64,000 nt of DNA from Eledone cirrhosa (GCA_964016885.1 OZ024747.1:30256001-30320000); one strand, 5' to 3'; numbered from the stretch's first letter, positions 28,261 to 47,162 are shown. Numbers and translations are program-made. Notes: a model not told the origin generated them from the sequence alone.

Positions 28261-30261
28261 AATAAACAAGTTTTAATTTTTGAGGTCTCTTATCATCTAA
28301 AATGTTATAACAGATTATAAAACATTAATAATGTTTTATTTGCTATTCATTTATGATAGAATTAATGTTAGGCTGTAGGGTCCTGTTTAGGTATATAAAC
28401 ATATTATTTATTAACTTGTTCTCTTGATGAATATGCACGCCTTTGGATTATTTTAGATATATATAATTTAGATTGGGATCCTTATATATTTGTTTTTGTT
28501 TTAAATATATAATTTGGATATATAACTTGTAAGATTACCGGTTATAATTGAACCGTAAATCATTCATGTATTTATATATTTTACTCATTTTGAGTATGTT
28601 TTGGGATTCAGAAAGTTAGATTTGTACATATATATTTTTTTATATATATTTAGGTATAAATGTCACAAAGCATACTAGTCGACATATATTAGTCTTTCTC
28701 TCCACTGAACTGGATGTAAAACTACAATTATAACATTAATAATAATGATTGTAATTATTTATTTATTATATGTATATCGTTTCTATATATACTCTCTATA
28801 TATATTTGAACAAATTTGTTTATCTAGTATAATAACATGCTCCTGGTTACATTTATAAGTAATTTGGATACTCAAATGACTCTCTATTGTTATAATTGTT
28901 GGATATTTCCTTAATGTTCTAACTTATATAACGATTATTACTTAATTCAAATCCTTAGCTCCTCTTTCTATCATCTTCGTAGACACTTTAGAAGGGTTGT
29001 TAGTCTACTATATAAATAAAAAAAAAATCTCTTGCATTTTAAACTATATTTTTGATATTGGGCACTTCTATGATCGTAAACAATTCATTATTTTTACTTT
29101 TTCACTTTTTATTTTGAATCTAGTCCTTATCCTTAAGACTCATGAAGTTTTGACTTGTATATTTATAGTATATATCTATTAAATGAACCTATTACGATAA
29201 TTGATCTAAAACATTAATTTTAGCAATATTTTCAGTAACTTATTTATTGTATTGTATTAGGTTATGTCTAATTGAGAGGTATCATCTTATGTCTTTGGAC
29301 AATATAATCTTTGTGTATTTGATAAACGCATATATATAGTTTAATAGTCAAGCTTTTTTTAAGGCCTGTTGATCCTTTAGGCATTCAAATTGTTAATCTT
29401 AAAATTCTTTAAAAATTATAACTGTAAATATTTTCTAAATTATATAATATAAACTATTTTCAATATAATATAAATAATTTAATATTATATAATAAATTTA
29501 GTAAAGTTTACCTTCGTGAGGTTGTAAAAACATTGTTTTCTTTCTCGTATTTGTAAATCCTTTAAATTTGATTTCATAAAATTTGATTTTATAAATTAAA
29601 TATGATAGTATACTTTAATATTAATACAGATATTTATTAACTTTTATAACCTAAAATATTATTCATTACTCTAACTAACTTAAATTAAATGATTTGAATG
29701 TTAACGGTCAACCAGATATGTTTGGATATATATTGTGTATATAGATAGTTGTCTAAAGACTTGGTATTAACCTTCATATGAATACACCCAATTATATTTA
29801 AAATTTCCGATTGATGAATATTTTTAGATATTTTAATAATTCAATGAATTGAATTTTTTCTTTTCCTAAAGCTAAGCCTAAATGTTGTTCTAATTTAATA
29901 TCTCCCTATATTATTACATTATAAAAGTTATTGCTCTTTATCTCTCTCTCTGTAATCAACTCTTTTGTTTTCTAGGCTCCTACTAGCTATATTATCCCCT
30001 CATCTGTTTCTTCCTATATGCCTTTCTTTTCTTTCCTCTTTCTTCAGTAATTTAAATTATTTGAATCTTTAACAGTTATATTGCTGCCATGCATTCTTTT
30101 AAGCTTTCTCACACGCACCCTCTCTATTATATGTATTATATGTTGTTTTCTTTCATGTTTTCAATATTAAGGTATATAAATATTGAGTTTTGTCATATAT
30201 TACTCACTACCATGACTGAATCTTAACCATCTACTATGTCAGGGTATGTCATGCATCATCT

Positions 30262-30328
30262 TATTTTATCTGATGAGGACGTACTGTTGAAGTTAACTCA
30301 GTACCTCTGAAATATGTATAATAAAATA
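30262..30328 (+). ncRNA. Type I hammerhead ribozyme (first of a tandem pair)
   Basis: TATTTTAT-CTGATGA-ggacGTACTGttgaagttaactCAGTACctct-GAAA-TATGTA-TA-ATAAAATA. Confidence 0.85.
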
Positions 30329-30459
30329 TACTTGATCACAAGAATATCTATTTTGTTAATATTTTGAATTAATATTAATAACTCCGGAAAACCATCACTG
30401 TTGAGTGCTTCCATCTATTGTAAAATTCATTCTTTGATTTATTCATTGAACCTATTTTG

Positions 30460-30524
30460 TATTTTGTCTGATGAAAGCACACCATAATTTAACGTGGTGT
30501 CCTTGAAATATGTATAATAAAATA
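30460..30524 (+). ncRNA. Type I hammerhead ribozyme (second of a tandem pair)
   Basis: TATTTTGT-CTGATGA-AAGcACACCATaatttaacGTGGTGTcCTT-GAAA-TATGTA-TA-ATAAAATA. Confidence 0.85.
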
Positions 30525-30651
30525 AATATGGTTTTATAAATATAGTTTCCATTTGTTAATATCGTATATTTACTCCAAATACTTGTTGAGTGCTTTATAT
30601 CAGTTATAAAAATATTTACTTGTTGTATCACAACAATTTAAATAGAACTTT

Positions 30652-30716
<65 letters not shown>

Positions 30717-31067
30717 CTTTCTTTCTTTCTTATCTTAATAAACAACAAAAGATAATTATTTCATTTACCAGTGGTTTCTTGAAAGCAGATATTTATATGT
30801 ATTTTCAGTCGTCAGAATGAATAAATACATGGTGTTTTTATTAAATATGGATTTGAAAACAAAAATATTTAAGAAATATGAAAGTGAAGCTGAGAAACAA
30901 ACAGACGAAAAAGAAGGGTAGAAATAATATATAAATATATATTAAAAAAATTTCAGAGCGTAAGCAGACTCACCAAACGACGCACATATACTTAAAAGGT
31001 ACGAAAACAATACTATATCATATAAACGTATTAGCGTTTACAGACAGGAACATAAATACAAACACAT

Positions 31068-31146
<79 letters not shown>

Positions 31147-31811
31147 GTAAAAAATAAATAAATGAATAAGAACAAAAAATATACAAAGTCAAAATATACA
31201 AAATAAAATAAAGGCGAAAGGGAGACTTGTTGACAGCGATGAGTAAGAGGGTGTGGAGGGAAGGGGAATAAAAACAAATTAAAAACGAACATATACATGA
31301 GATGTGCATAAACAAATATATACATAAATGTACACATACATACACACATACACACACATATATATAACATGCATAGAACTCATACACACGTATAAAATCA
31401 CACATACACATATGCATGTGTGTGTATATATATATATGTGTGTACATGAGAATATAAAATAAACATACATACATACGCACATACACATGCTTACAAAAAT
31501 AAATATACATATACACAACAACACACATACATACGTATACAAAATACAAAGTCATAAAATATAGACAAAGGAACCACGTTGACAACGATAAGAGAGGGGA
31601 GGGGGAATTAAAAATAAACAAATACATGAGGCGTGCATAAATATATATATACATAAAATATAAAATATATATATATATTTAAAGGTTAGACAAGGTTCAA
31701 TGAATAAATCAAAGAATGAGTTTTACAATAGATGGAAGCTCTAAACAGTGATGGTTTTCCGGAGTTATTAATATTAATATTAACAAATATAGACATTCGT
31801 GTGATCAAGTA

Positions 31812-31875
31812 TATTTTATTATACATATTTCAGAGGTACTGAGCTATCTTCAACAGTACGTCCTCAGATAAAATA
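31812..31875 (-). ncRNA. Inverted copy of the 30262 hammerhead with a 3-nt deletion in the core
   Basis: Minus strand reads TATTTTAT-CTGA[---]GGACGTACTG...CAGTACCTCT-GAAA-TATGTA-TA-ATAAAATA, within an inverted pLTR-like copy (31665-31910). Confidence 0.65.
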
Positions 31876-31925
31876 AGATGATGCTTGACATACCCTGACA
31901 TAGCAAGATAGGACAATATTTTGAA

Positions 31926-31969
<44 letters not shown>

Positions 31970-32842
31970 GTGAGGATGCACACACATGTTTATATATGTA
32001 TATGTAAGAATTGTGTGTGTACATGTACATGTGTACCCATACAATTTTGATTGCAGATAGGCATAATTTAACAGCCATAAATGCATGAAAGTTAATCCTA
32101 TATATTTATATATATATATTAAAAATGTTTATTTAATAACACAAGGGATGTATAACATTAATAAAAAAAAAAAAAAAATAAATAAAAAAATCATTTATGC
32201 TTTGTATGTATATATTATATACGGGAGTAGATATAATGTGTATTTTCTGAGTGTGTGTATATATATATTTATGTGTATTTTTGCGTGTATGTACGTGCTA
32301 TATGATAGGTAATTTCTCTAGCAATATATATATTTTGTAATGTTTAAATTTCAATTTTTAATATATTGATCTCAATTTTTAAACTAAATATCTAATCATA
32401 GTTAAACAATGATTAATTTCTCATATTATATATGTATATTCCATTCATGAATATTAATATTTCTAATTTTATTTATTCATTTCATCTCAATTGTTAACTT
32501 AACTTAATATGACATGACTTAAGGTTTTCGTTCTCTCCCCCTCTCTCTATCTCTATATTTCTCTCTCTTGATTTTTTCTCTCTGTCTGGTGTTTTGATAT
32601 CTCTTTCGTGTTTTTCTCTGTTTTCTTTTTTTCTTTTTTCTTTCTTCTTTTTCTTTCTTTATCTCTCCCTTTCCTTCTCCACTTTTCTCTCTCTTGGTTT
32701 TCCTCTTTGTCCGTCTTTTTCCTTCTTCTTAACACAACGACTTACTAAATAAACAAATCCACTATCCTTGATGTCTTCCAAAAGTAACGGTTGCATTTTG
32801 AAAGGGTACGTCAATATTTATTTATAAAACTGGTATATATTG

Positions 32843-32907
32843 TATTTTGTCTGTTGAAAGCATACCATAATTTAACATGGTATCCTTGAAATATGTATAA
32901 TAAAATA
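32843..32907 (+). ncRNA. Copy of the 30460 hammerhead with a core substitution (CTGTTGA)
   Basis: TATTTTGT-CTGtTGA-aagcATACCATaatttaacATGGTATcctt-GAAA-TATGTA-TA-ATAAAATA. Stem II shows a compensatory C-G to T-A change relative to 30460. Confidence 0.7.
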
Positions 32908-32945
32908 GATATGGTTTATAAATATAGTTTCCATTTGTTAATATC

Positions 32946-33075
<130 letters not shown>

Positions 33076-33148
33076 AAATATATATATATGTAAAAAAAAA
33101 ATATATATATATATATATGTATAAATAAATATATATATATATGTATAA

Positions 33149-33222
<74 letters not shown>

Positions 33223-33249
33223 AAATATATATATATATATATATATATG

Positions 33250-33346
<97 letters not shown>

Positions 33347-33396
33347 AAATATATATATATATATATGTATAAATATATATATCTATCTATCTATCT

Positions 33397-33540
33397 AAGG
33401 CGGGTAAAATTCCCGAGATCCATGGACGAGTTCTCTCCAGCGGTCTCTGTCCCTCATTATCGCTGCCATATCCTGCATCTCCAACAGACCAGTGTCTGTC
33501 CTTAGGGCATCAACATATGTTAACCTTGGTCTTCCTCTTC
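33397..33540 (-). mobile_element. LINE 3' end fragment inserted in (TA)n
   Basis: Nearly identical to 23608-23752. Confidence 0.85.
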
Positions 33541-33673
33541 TATGTGTATAAATATATATATATATATATATGTATAAATATATATATATATATATATATG
33601 TATAAATATATATATGTATAAATATATATATATATATATATGTATAAATATATATATATATATTTATATGTAT

Positions 33674-33730
<57 letters not shown>

Positions 33731-33755
33731 AAATATATATATATATATATATATT

Positions 33756-36303
<2,548 letters not shown>

Positions 36304-36304
36304 A

Positions 36305-36386
<82 letters not shown>

Positions 36387-36692
36387 TGCAAATTTAGACG
36401 GGAACAAAACAGAGAGGCAGATAAATAAAGGTTTATCAGGTTCACGCTCTTGTGAGTGGGGGGGGGGGGGGGGGTCGCTTCGGACATAAGCCCTTCTTCA
36501 GGATAAATAGGTTAGGAAGAGAGTTCCGAGAGTGTGTGGAAATACATTTAGAAAAAAGGGGCAAGGAGAACAAATAAAAATAAAAATAAATATAAACGTA
36601 AAAATAAACATAAGAATTAACAATAAGATGAGCAAGTGGTGAAAGGGTGTGAGGCGTGTAATGGTGGTGGAGGGTGGAGTTTGACGAAGGAG

Positions 36693-38050
36693 GCGTTAAT
36701 CTCATGCCACAAGACAAAAGAAAGAAAGAAAGGAAGAAGAAGAGAAGCCAGGGTTAATGTCAGCTATAAGAAGAAAGACAGAAAGAAAGAGGAGGAAAGG
36801 TCGGCATTACAGTCAGGCCAGGATTGTCGCGAAGAAATTTGTTTATTCTACGGGACCCGTATCTAAACAACTACTACCGGTCAGATATAGGCAAACAAAA
36901 ACAAAAAGGGGGAAGGAAGATAAGTCTGAGGGAGGAAGACAGAAAGAGGGGAGAAGAGAAGGAAGAGAATGAAGAAGTAGAAAAGTAAGGGTTGGTGGCT
37001 ACAAGAAGGAAGATAGAAAGAAAGAGGAAGAAAGGTAGATAGTAATGTCAGACTACAGACAGGCCAGGAGTGGCGCGAGAAAATTTTCACAGGGACCCGT
37101 ATCTTAGCAGAGGTGAATATATTGAGCGTCATTGTGTTATAATGTGTGAGCAGAATATTGGAACATTACGTTTTTGTTTAGACTTATAGGATGAAGTTAA
37201 AAATAAATAATATTTTAAAATTCCAGCTTTCTATCGGAATGTTGGGTGGGTTTTAATGGCAGCGCGACCAGCCCCCTGGCGCATGGGCCTACCTTGAGTG
37301 CTTGGGAAAATAAATTTCCCCTTCTTTCGGTAAATGAAACTACTCGGAGTGGCTTAATTCGCCCCGAGGGCCCGGAGCGCGGCCGGTGTTTTAACCGCCA
37401 CATAGTACCTTTAAATTACAGATCAAATCAGAACTATTAGATATATCAACCTTAATATGTTAAACTGCTTAACTTCAAATTTTCTAATTTCTTTAATATT
37501 AAATATTAATTATTAATTTTTAACTTCATCCTATAAGTCTAAACAAAAACGTAACGTTCCAATATTCTGCTCACACATTATAACACACTGACCCCCAATA
37601 TATTCACCTCTGCTAAGATACGGGTCCCTGTGAACATTTTCTCGCGCCACTCCTGGCCTGACTGTAGTCTGACATTAATATCGACCTTTCTTCCTCTTTC
37701 TTTCTAGCTTCCTTCTTGTAGCCACCAACCCTTACTTTTCTACTTCTTCATTCTCTTCCTTCTCTTCTCCCCTCTTTCTGTCTTCCTCCCGCAGACTTAT
37801 CTTCCTTCCCCCTTTTTGTTTTTGTTTGCCTATATCTGACCGGTAGTAGTTGTTTAGATACGGGTCCCGGAGATTAAAAAATTTCTTCGCGACAATCCTG
37901 GCCTGACTGTAATGCCGACCTTTCCTCCTCTTTCTTTCGGTCTTTCTTCTTATAGCTGACATTAACCCTGGCTTCTCTTCTTCTTCCTTCCCCCTTCTTC
38001 TCTCTCCCTCCTTTCTTTCTTTCTTTTGTCTTGTGGCATGAGATTAACGC
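36693..38050. repeat. Large fold-back: ~520-550-bp inverted arms around a ~280-bp spacer with a GC-rich core
   Basis: 36693-37216 is the reverse complement of ~37499-38050 (gcgttaatctcatgccacaagac... / ...gtcttgtggcatgagattaacgc). Confidence 0.92.
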
Positions 38051-38233
38051 TAACTTATGTTCCCATCCCCTTCTGTTTTCCTTTATCTGACCGGTAGTAG
38101 CACACTGTAAGCTTTGGCCACGTCACTCGAGGGCGACCGGCTAAGGTAGAAGGTACAGGATAGCGATCGCCCTCGGGTCCTCGATTTTCAGCCCCATGGA
38201 TTTTATCTATTACATTCACGTATTATATTTCGA

Positions 38234-38291
38234 ATACCTGATGATATCACCGGATTCATACAGAACCCGTTCATTGAAATGATCATAGTAT
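38234..38291 (+). ncRNA. Type I hammerhead ribozyme
   Basis: ATAC-CTGATGA-tatcaccggattcatacagaacccgttcatt-GAAA-TGATCA-TA-GTAT. Palindromic stem III; the base of stem II is imperfect. Confidence 0.7.
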
Positions 38292-38481
38292 AATAAACCT
38301 TTCAAGGATTTACACAAATCCAGCCTCCTGTCATTTCATTATATTTAACTCCGTAATAGCACCACCAACTACAAAAACAAAGACGGTTGAACTGCTTTAC
38401 GTTGAGTACTCTCTATATTATTACATTACGATTGACCATACGGAATAGACCAGCTCTATCAAGTGGTGAACCTCAAACCTG

Positions 38482-38563
<82 letters not shown>

Positions 38564-38670
38564 CAAAGGAAATGTGGTAAGGAACCAGATGAACCATAAC
38601 GCACCAGAGTACTCAATACTTTGTGTAGTAGAGTGGGAAATAGGAAAAAGTACGGGGTCATACTTTTTCC

Positions 38671-40292
<1,622 letters not shown>

Positions 40293-40348
40293 CTTCCACT
40301 CGTGTAGGACACCTCGGTTATTTTTCATTTTGTAAAAAAAAACCTCAC

Positions 40349-40482
<134 letters not shown>

Positions 40483-40757
40483 GTATATATATAATATACG
40501 TATATATATGTGTACTGAAATAGGGACTTCAATATGTATATATATATATATATATATATGCAGGTATGGGCATAGAATAAAGAATGCAAATGCAAAAGAT
40601 ATTGTTGACAATTAGTCTTTTACCTTACATTTAATTAAATGTCCTTAATTTTCGAGATAATATCTCTTCTTCGGAAGGGAAGTGAAGCGGTTAAACCAGT
40701 GTTCTAAATAGCCTGCCAAGTCATGCTGAGAGGAATATATATATATATATATATATA

Positions 40758-40900
40758 TTAATAAGGTAATGAATTCTTTTACAATGGAATCAGCTCGAAT
40801 GAGGAAAAATATCCCCTGAGCAGTGTATAAATTAATATGTAAGTGATATTTTTCCTCATTCGAGCTGATTCCATTGTAAAAGAATTCATTACCTTATTAA
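40758..40900. repeat. Perfect inverted repeat, 56-bp arms, 31-nt spacer, abutting (TA)n
   Basis: 40758-40813 mirrors 40845-40900. Confidence 0.92.
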
Positions 40901-41441
40901 TTTTAACTGCTCCTAGTTTGAGCTGCAAACCGTCTCATATATACGACTGTTATTTCTAGCAGTACGGTTATGAGACTAGTTAGATAGTGTAAAGCCATGT
41001 GCGTCACGCAGCCTTTTAAATCATTTAGAAGTGAAGCATATCAATTTGTCTCTGGATGTTTACTGAGGAGTGCGGGACATGATATTCCTACACTTATTTA
41101 ACTCGAAACATATTTGGATCTTAAAGTCTAAACTTATCTACGGAACAGGTTTGATTTTGAAATTTAAATGTGTCTAAACATCACAGCCTTTTGCCAATAC
41201 AGTTCGTCTCCGTTGATTTATTATTTTAAATCGATATGGACAAACTGTAGTATAATAATTAGTATACTTCAATCTGGCTAAATTTTTCTTTTGCAATATA
41301 TATACAGATATGTTGGTATCTGTGTTTCATCACTTACATATTAATTTATATATATATATATATAACGGAGGAAATGTGGTAAGGAACCAGGTGGACCATA
41401 ACACACCAAAGTACTCAATACATAGGGTAGTAGAGTGGGTA

Positions 41442-41657
<216 letters not shown>

Positions 41658-42163
41658 GTATGTATATATGTATATATATATATATGTATATATGTATATA
41701 TGTATATATATATATGTATATATATATAGGTATATATTTTTAATTTAGTTATGCTATAATTAATACTCTACTACTGTTTAACTTCAAAATTCCGCTTCAA
41801 ATATTATAAACCTAAGTAGTATACACCTTAGAAATCAATATATTAACTATTTTTAATTTAGTTAACCTATAATTAATAGTATACTTATATTAAAATGCAT
41901 AATTTTGCCTTCTTTCTTACATTTCCTAATACTGAAACTACTATGTAAACACATATTATGATCTATATGCAGATTAATATTCTATGTTCCTTGAAACCTA
42001 TATTTACTATTTCCCACTAATAATTTTAATCCCCCCCCCTATAATTATTTGTATTTGTAAGCGTGGATGTATGTATGTGTATGTAAGTAGGTATGTATGT
42101 TTGGGTGTTTGTATGTGAGTATAAAAATACATATGTGCGCATGTAAATAAGTGTGTATGATTT

Positions 42164-42198
<35 letters not shown>

Positions 42199-42396
42199 GT
42201 GTATGTATATGTATGTATATGTATGTATATATATGTGTGTATATATATGTCTATGTATATATATGTGTGTATGTATATATGTATGTGTGCGTGTGTATGT
42301 GTATATATATATTTGTAGAGATGTGTGTATGTATATATATATATATATGTGTGCATAATTGTCTGACTGTGTGTATTTATTATTTATTATTTTTTT

Positions 42397-42446
<50 letters not shown>

Positions 42447-42501
42447 ATGTATATGTGTGTGTGTGTGTGTGTGTGTATATATTTATGTGTATGTATATAT
42501 C

Positions 42502-42532
<31 letters not shown>

Positions 42533-43209
42533 ATGTGTGTATGTATATCTCTTTATTTATGTATGTCTGAGTTGTGTGAGTGTGTGGTTGTATGTGTATA
42601 TACATACATGGATATGTGTGTGTGTGTGTATATATACGTATATATATGTGTGAGTGTGTGTATATGTGTGTGCGTGTATGTGTATATATATGTATATATG
42701 TGTGTATATATGTGTGTATATATATGTGTGTATGTATATATGTATATGTATGTATGTGTGTATATGTATGTACATATATGTGTATATATATATGTGTTGA
42801 GAATATATGTATATATATATGTGTGTGTATGCATGTGTGTCTATGTATTTATATATGTAAGTGTATGTGTCTCTATGTATATGTGTATGTATGTATGCGT
42901 GTGTATATGTATGTATATATATGTGCGTATATATATATATGTATATATATATGTATATATATATATATATATATATGTATATCGGTGTGTATTTTATGTA
43001 TGAGTATATATTTTATTTGTTTATTTTTTTTAATTTATTCCTTTTTATTTCTAAATTTATAGATACATTTTATAAATAGGCAGTTCTCTGACACCCACAG
43101 TAATTACTGACCCCCTTCACCATCTTCTGCATATGGATGTAAAAATGTATGTGGCAGTGTTTTTGTGTGTGTGCCTTAATATCCATGTAGTTATAATAAT
43201 AATATATAC

Positions 43210-43289
<80 letters not shown>

Positions 43290-43660
43290 TCGTGGGTATG
43301 TGTATGTTTATGTGTATATGCGCGTGAGTATGTGAATGTATGTATATGTGTGTGTATATATGAATGTGTATATATGTTTATATACGTATGTGTATTTTAT
43401 CTGTAGATTATAAACATACAGAGACATTAGCCCTGAATTTTTGTATTTACATACATTTTTTCGACATGAGTATGCATGTGAACATATATTTTTATGCATA
43501 TCTGTGAACGAAGTTACTTACATATATACACACACCTAACTGTATTTTCTTGATATATTTTTGTGTATTTCATTGGTCAATTTGAACTCTGTTCCCAAAC
43601 AGACCTGTAATTTTGAATTGTTGTTATTATCAATAAATATATTTCATTATTTCTGAAGAC

Positions 43661-43848
43661 GGTGGTGGATTGGCAGTATCGGTAGAGGGTCGGACGCCAT
43701 GCTTTCCAGCATAGTTACGTCCCTTTACGATCTGAGTTCAAATCCCGCCAAGGTTGACTTTGCCTTTCATCCTTACGGGGTCGATAAAATAAAGTACCAG
43801 TAATGCACTGGGTAATTGCTGGCCTTGTGCCTAAAGTAGAAACAATTA
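43661..43848 (+). mobile_element. tRNA-derived SINE, full length, with a 17-bp target-site duplication
   Basis: attatttctgaagacgg at 43646-43662 and 43845-43861; A/B-box-like head and conserved core. Confidence 0.92.
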
Positions 43849-43991
43849 TTTCTGAAGACGGCATATGTATGTGTTGGTATGTATATTAGATTTGATAGTT
43901 TGTATAATTTTGTATAATTTTGTACATAGATCTGTTGAATATGCATGCCAATTCTAACACATATATGTCCTAGAAACGATCGTTAAATAAT
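43845..43991 (+). ncRNA. Hammerhead ribozyme with a ~114-nt stem II
   Basis: ATTATTT-CTGAAGA-cggcatatgtatgtgttgg...ctaacacatatatgtccta-GAAA-CGATCG-TT-AAATAAT(GAA). Confidence 0.75.
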
Positions 43992-44409
43992 GAACTTTTT
44001 TTGTTTAATATAAGGAACTGTTTCATTGTTTTATTCATTATTTTTTTAATACTTTATCTTGACTCTGTATTCCGTTTATCTTTCACCGAAAGTGATTTTT
44101 GAATGCATCTCTTCTTTCCATGATATCCGGATTACATTGAGTTCTTCATACGGATTGGACACTACCGTAAACTCTTGGTAGATTTATCTACATAGGTATA
44201 TATATATATATGCATGTATATATATATGTAAGTATGTATACATACATATATGTATACAGACGTACAGTAGTATGTATATACATACATACATGACACATAT
44301 ATATATATGCACGCATGGGTTTACCGAGCATCCACTACAACAGCCCGAATTACTAGCCGTACAGTGTTCGGCAACCATCGTTGCCTTTTTATTCAACACT
44401 GACAAAGAA

Positions 44410-44452
44410 ACGATGTACTAATTTCAAGCCCATTAGCTATCGTCAGCATCGT
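44410..44452 (-). ncRNA. Minimal hammerhead ribozyme, paralog of 5078-5120
   Basis: Minus strand reads ACGATG-CTGACGA-tAGCTaatgGGCTt-GAAA-TTAG-TA-CATCGT. Confidence 0.75.
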
Positions 44453-45450
44453 ATACCATCCTGTCAGATGATTGAACGTTTGAAAGTATATACTTTCCTT
44501 ATGCTGAGCAGCCTAATTTGCATATCGTGTGAGTTAGTCGGCAGGGTGTACCGAAAACCATAAATGGAAAAGAATGAAACTAAATTTCATTTCTCACTCT
44601 TAGTACAGCTGTTACTTAAATATAAGTATGTATACGTACATACATATAGGTATACAGACGTACAGTAGTACGTATATACATACATACACACATATATATA
44701 TGCACGCATATATATATACATAAAATTGTATGTCTGTATACATATATGTATGTACGTATACATACTTATATTTAAGCATCAGCCGTACTAAGAGTGAGAA
44801 ATGAAATTTCATTTTTTCCATTTATATATATATGTATATATATATGTATGTATGTATGTATACGTACATACATATATGTATACATACATATATGTATACA
44901 GACGTACAGTAGTATGTATATATATTCATATGCACACATATATAGATGTACGTATGGGTTAACCGAACATTTATTATAATGTCAGTGTTGAACAAAAGGG
45001 TGACGATGGTTGACTGAACACTGTACGGCGTAATTCGGGCTGTTTGTTGTTTACAAACGAACCGAGCATTATAATAAATGTTCAGTAAACCCATACGTAT
45101 ATATATATATATGTGTGCATGCATGTATATATATACATACTACTGTACGTCTGTATACATATATGTATGTACGTATACATACATACTTACATTTAAGTAC
45201 CAGCCGTACTAAGAGTGAGAAATGAAAATTCGTTTCATTCTTTTCCATTTATATATATATGTATATATATATGTATATGTATATATATGTATGTATATAT
45301 ATATGTATATACATATATGTATATATATATATATATGTATATATATGTATATGTATATATATAGGTATAAAGATATGTATATATATATATGTATATATAT
45401 ATATATACGTATATATATATATGTATATATATATGCATATATATATATGC

Positions 45451-45502
<52 letters not shown>

Positions 45503-45543
45503 GTATATCTATATGTATATATATATATGTATATATATATATG

Positions 45544-45603
<60 letters not shown>

Positions 45604-45634
45604 CTCTTTTCTCTTGTCCATGAACTATATACGG

Positions 45635-45722
<88 letters not shown>

Positions 45723-45756
45723 TGTCCATCAACTATATACGGATACACACACACAC

Positions 45757-45902
<146 letters not shown>

Positions 45903-46293
45903 ATCCGTATATAGTTTATGGACAAGAGAAAAGAGTATTTAATACCGAACAAATATTCATTTAGTAAGTCTAAATAGTCAGTCTTGTTAATCTGGTGTTT
46001 AACCTGCCTACTCTTTGTTATTGTCTGATGACAACAGGTGAAACTCCAGAGCAAGACTCACCATTTAGCCACAATAAATGAATATATGTGTGTATATATA
46101 TATATATTTATATAATGAAAAATTGAACAGGGACAGAACAGAGAGGCAGTACGACAAATGTTTATTAAATTCACGCTAAGGAGAGTGGGGTGGGGGGTGG
46201 GGGGGTAGGTGGGGTATATATATATACACACACACACATTTGGTAAGATTGGTTCAAAGAACAAGATTTGTGGCTTCATAGAGTATATATACA

Positions 46294-46366
<73 letters not shown>

Positions 46367-46952
46367 TACTGTATATATACTGTATGAAGCCACAGATCTT
46401 GTTCTTTGAACCAATATATATATATATACAATATGTTGAAAAGGTAACACACTAGAGAGAGATATACATTGCGCTATCAATAAAACAGGGAAAAAACCAC
46501 CAGTGTATGGAATCTATAACCTATGAAAGGCAGACTATAGACACGATAATTAAAAATATAAATTAAAGCGTAAATAAATACCTCTATAACTATATAACAC
46601 ACGTACAAATCCAAAGAGATCTGCTTCGCCAGTAAGTTGTTGACAGAAATGGAATAACCTCGGTTCCTCAACGTGTGTAAGGCTATACATTTCAGACAAC
46701 ACTGAGAGAATTTTAAAAGTGACTGTCCAGCTACACGTGGGAGAGAGAAGTCACAGCGTGTTTAAGGGCAGTGAACCAGTGGCCTCTGAGGGACGAGCTG
46801 CTAGAAAGGGCAGCCCATTGATAGCGCACTGTATATCTCTCTCTAGTGTGTTACCTTTTCAACATATTGTATTTTAAAGAACTCGGGATTTCTTCTCCTT
46901 TGAGCACATTATTTACAGAGAATGGCGAGGGCCTATGGCTCCGTTAATTTAT

Positions 46953-46988
<36 letters not shown>

Positions 46989-47026
46989 TAATAAAAACAA
47001 AGAACAAGTTCCTTATATTAAAAAAT

Positions 47027-47162
47027 TCATCATTTTACGATCGTTTCTAGGATGTATATGTGTGTTGGTATGTATATCATATAGATCTATGTAAAAATAT
47101 TACAAACTATCAGAGGAAATATACATACCTTCACATATACATGCTGTCTTCAGAAATGATGA
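47027..47162 (-). ncRNA. Hammerhead ribozyme with a ~99-nt stem II, 3' of a Naiad ORF
   Basis: Minus strand reads TCATCATTT-CTGAAGA-cagcatgtatatgtgaaggtatgtat...atacataccaacacacatatacatccta-GAAA-CGATCG-TA-AAATGATGA: 9-bp stem I and a GUA site. Confidence 0.85.

Noticed and set aside
36470-36503. Minus-strand CTGAAGA-A-GGGC-TTAT-GTCC-GAAG motif (a similar one at 40642-40678)
   Set aside because: Probably hammerhead relics, but the core and stem I are too damaged to list as features.
41060-41120. CTGAGGA...CTC-GAAA-CATATT motif
   Set aside because: Stems I and III do not pair convincingly.
43661-43750. A/B-box-like heads as tRNA genes
   Set aside because: They are SINE heads followed by the SINE core and tail; no cloverleaf is evident.
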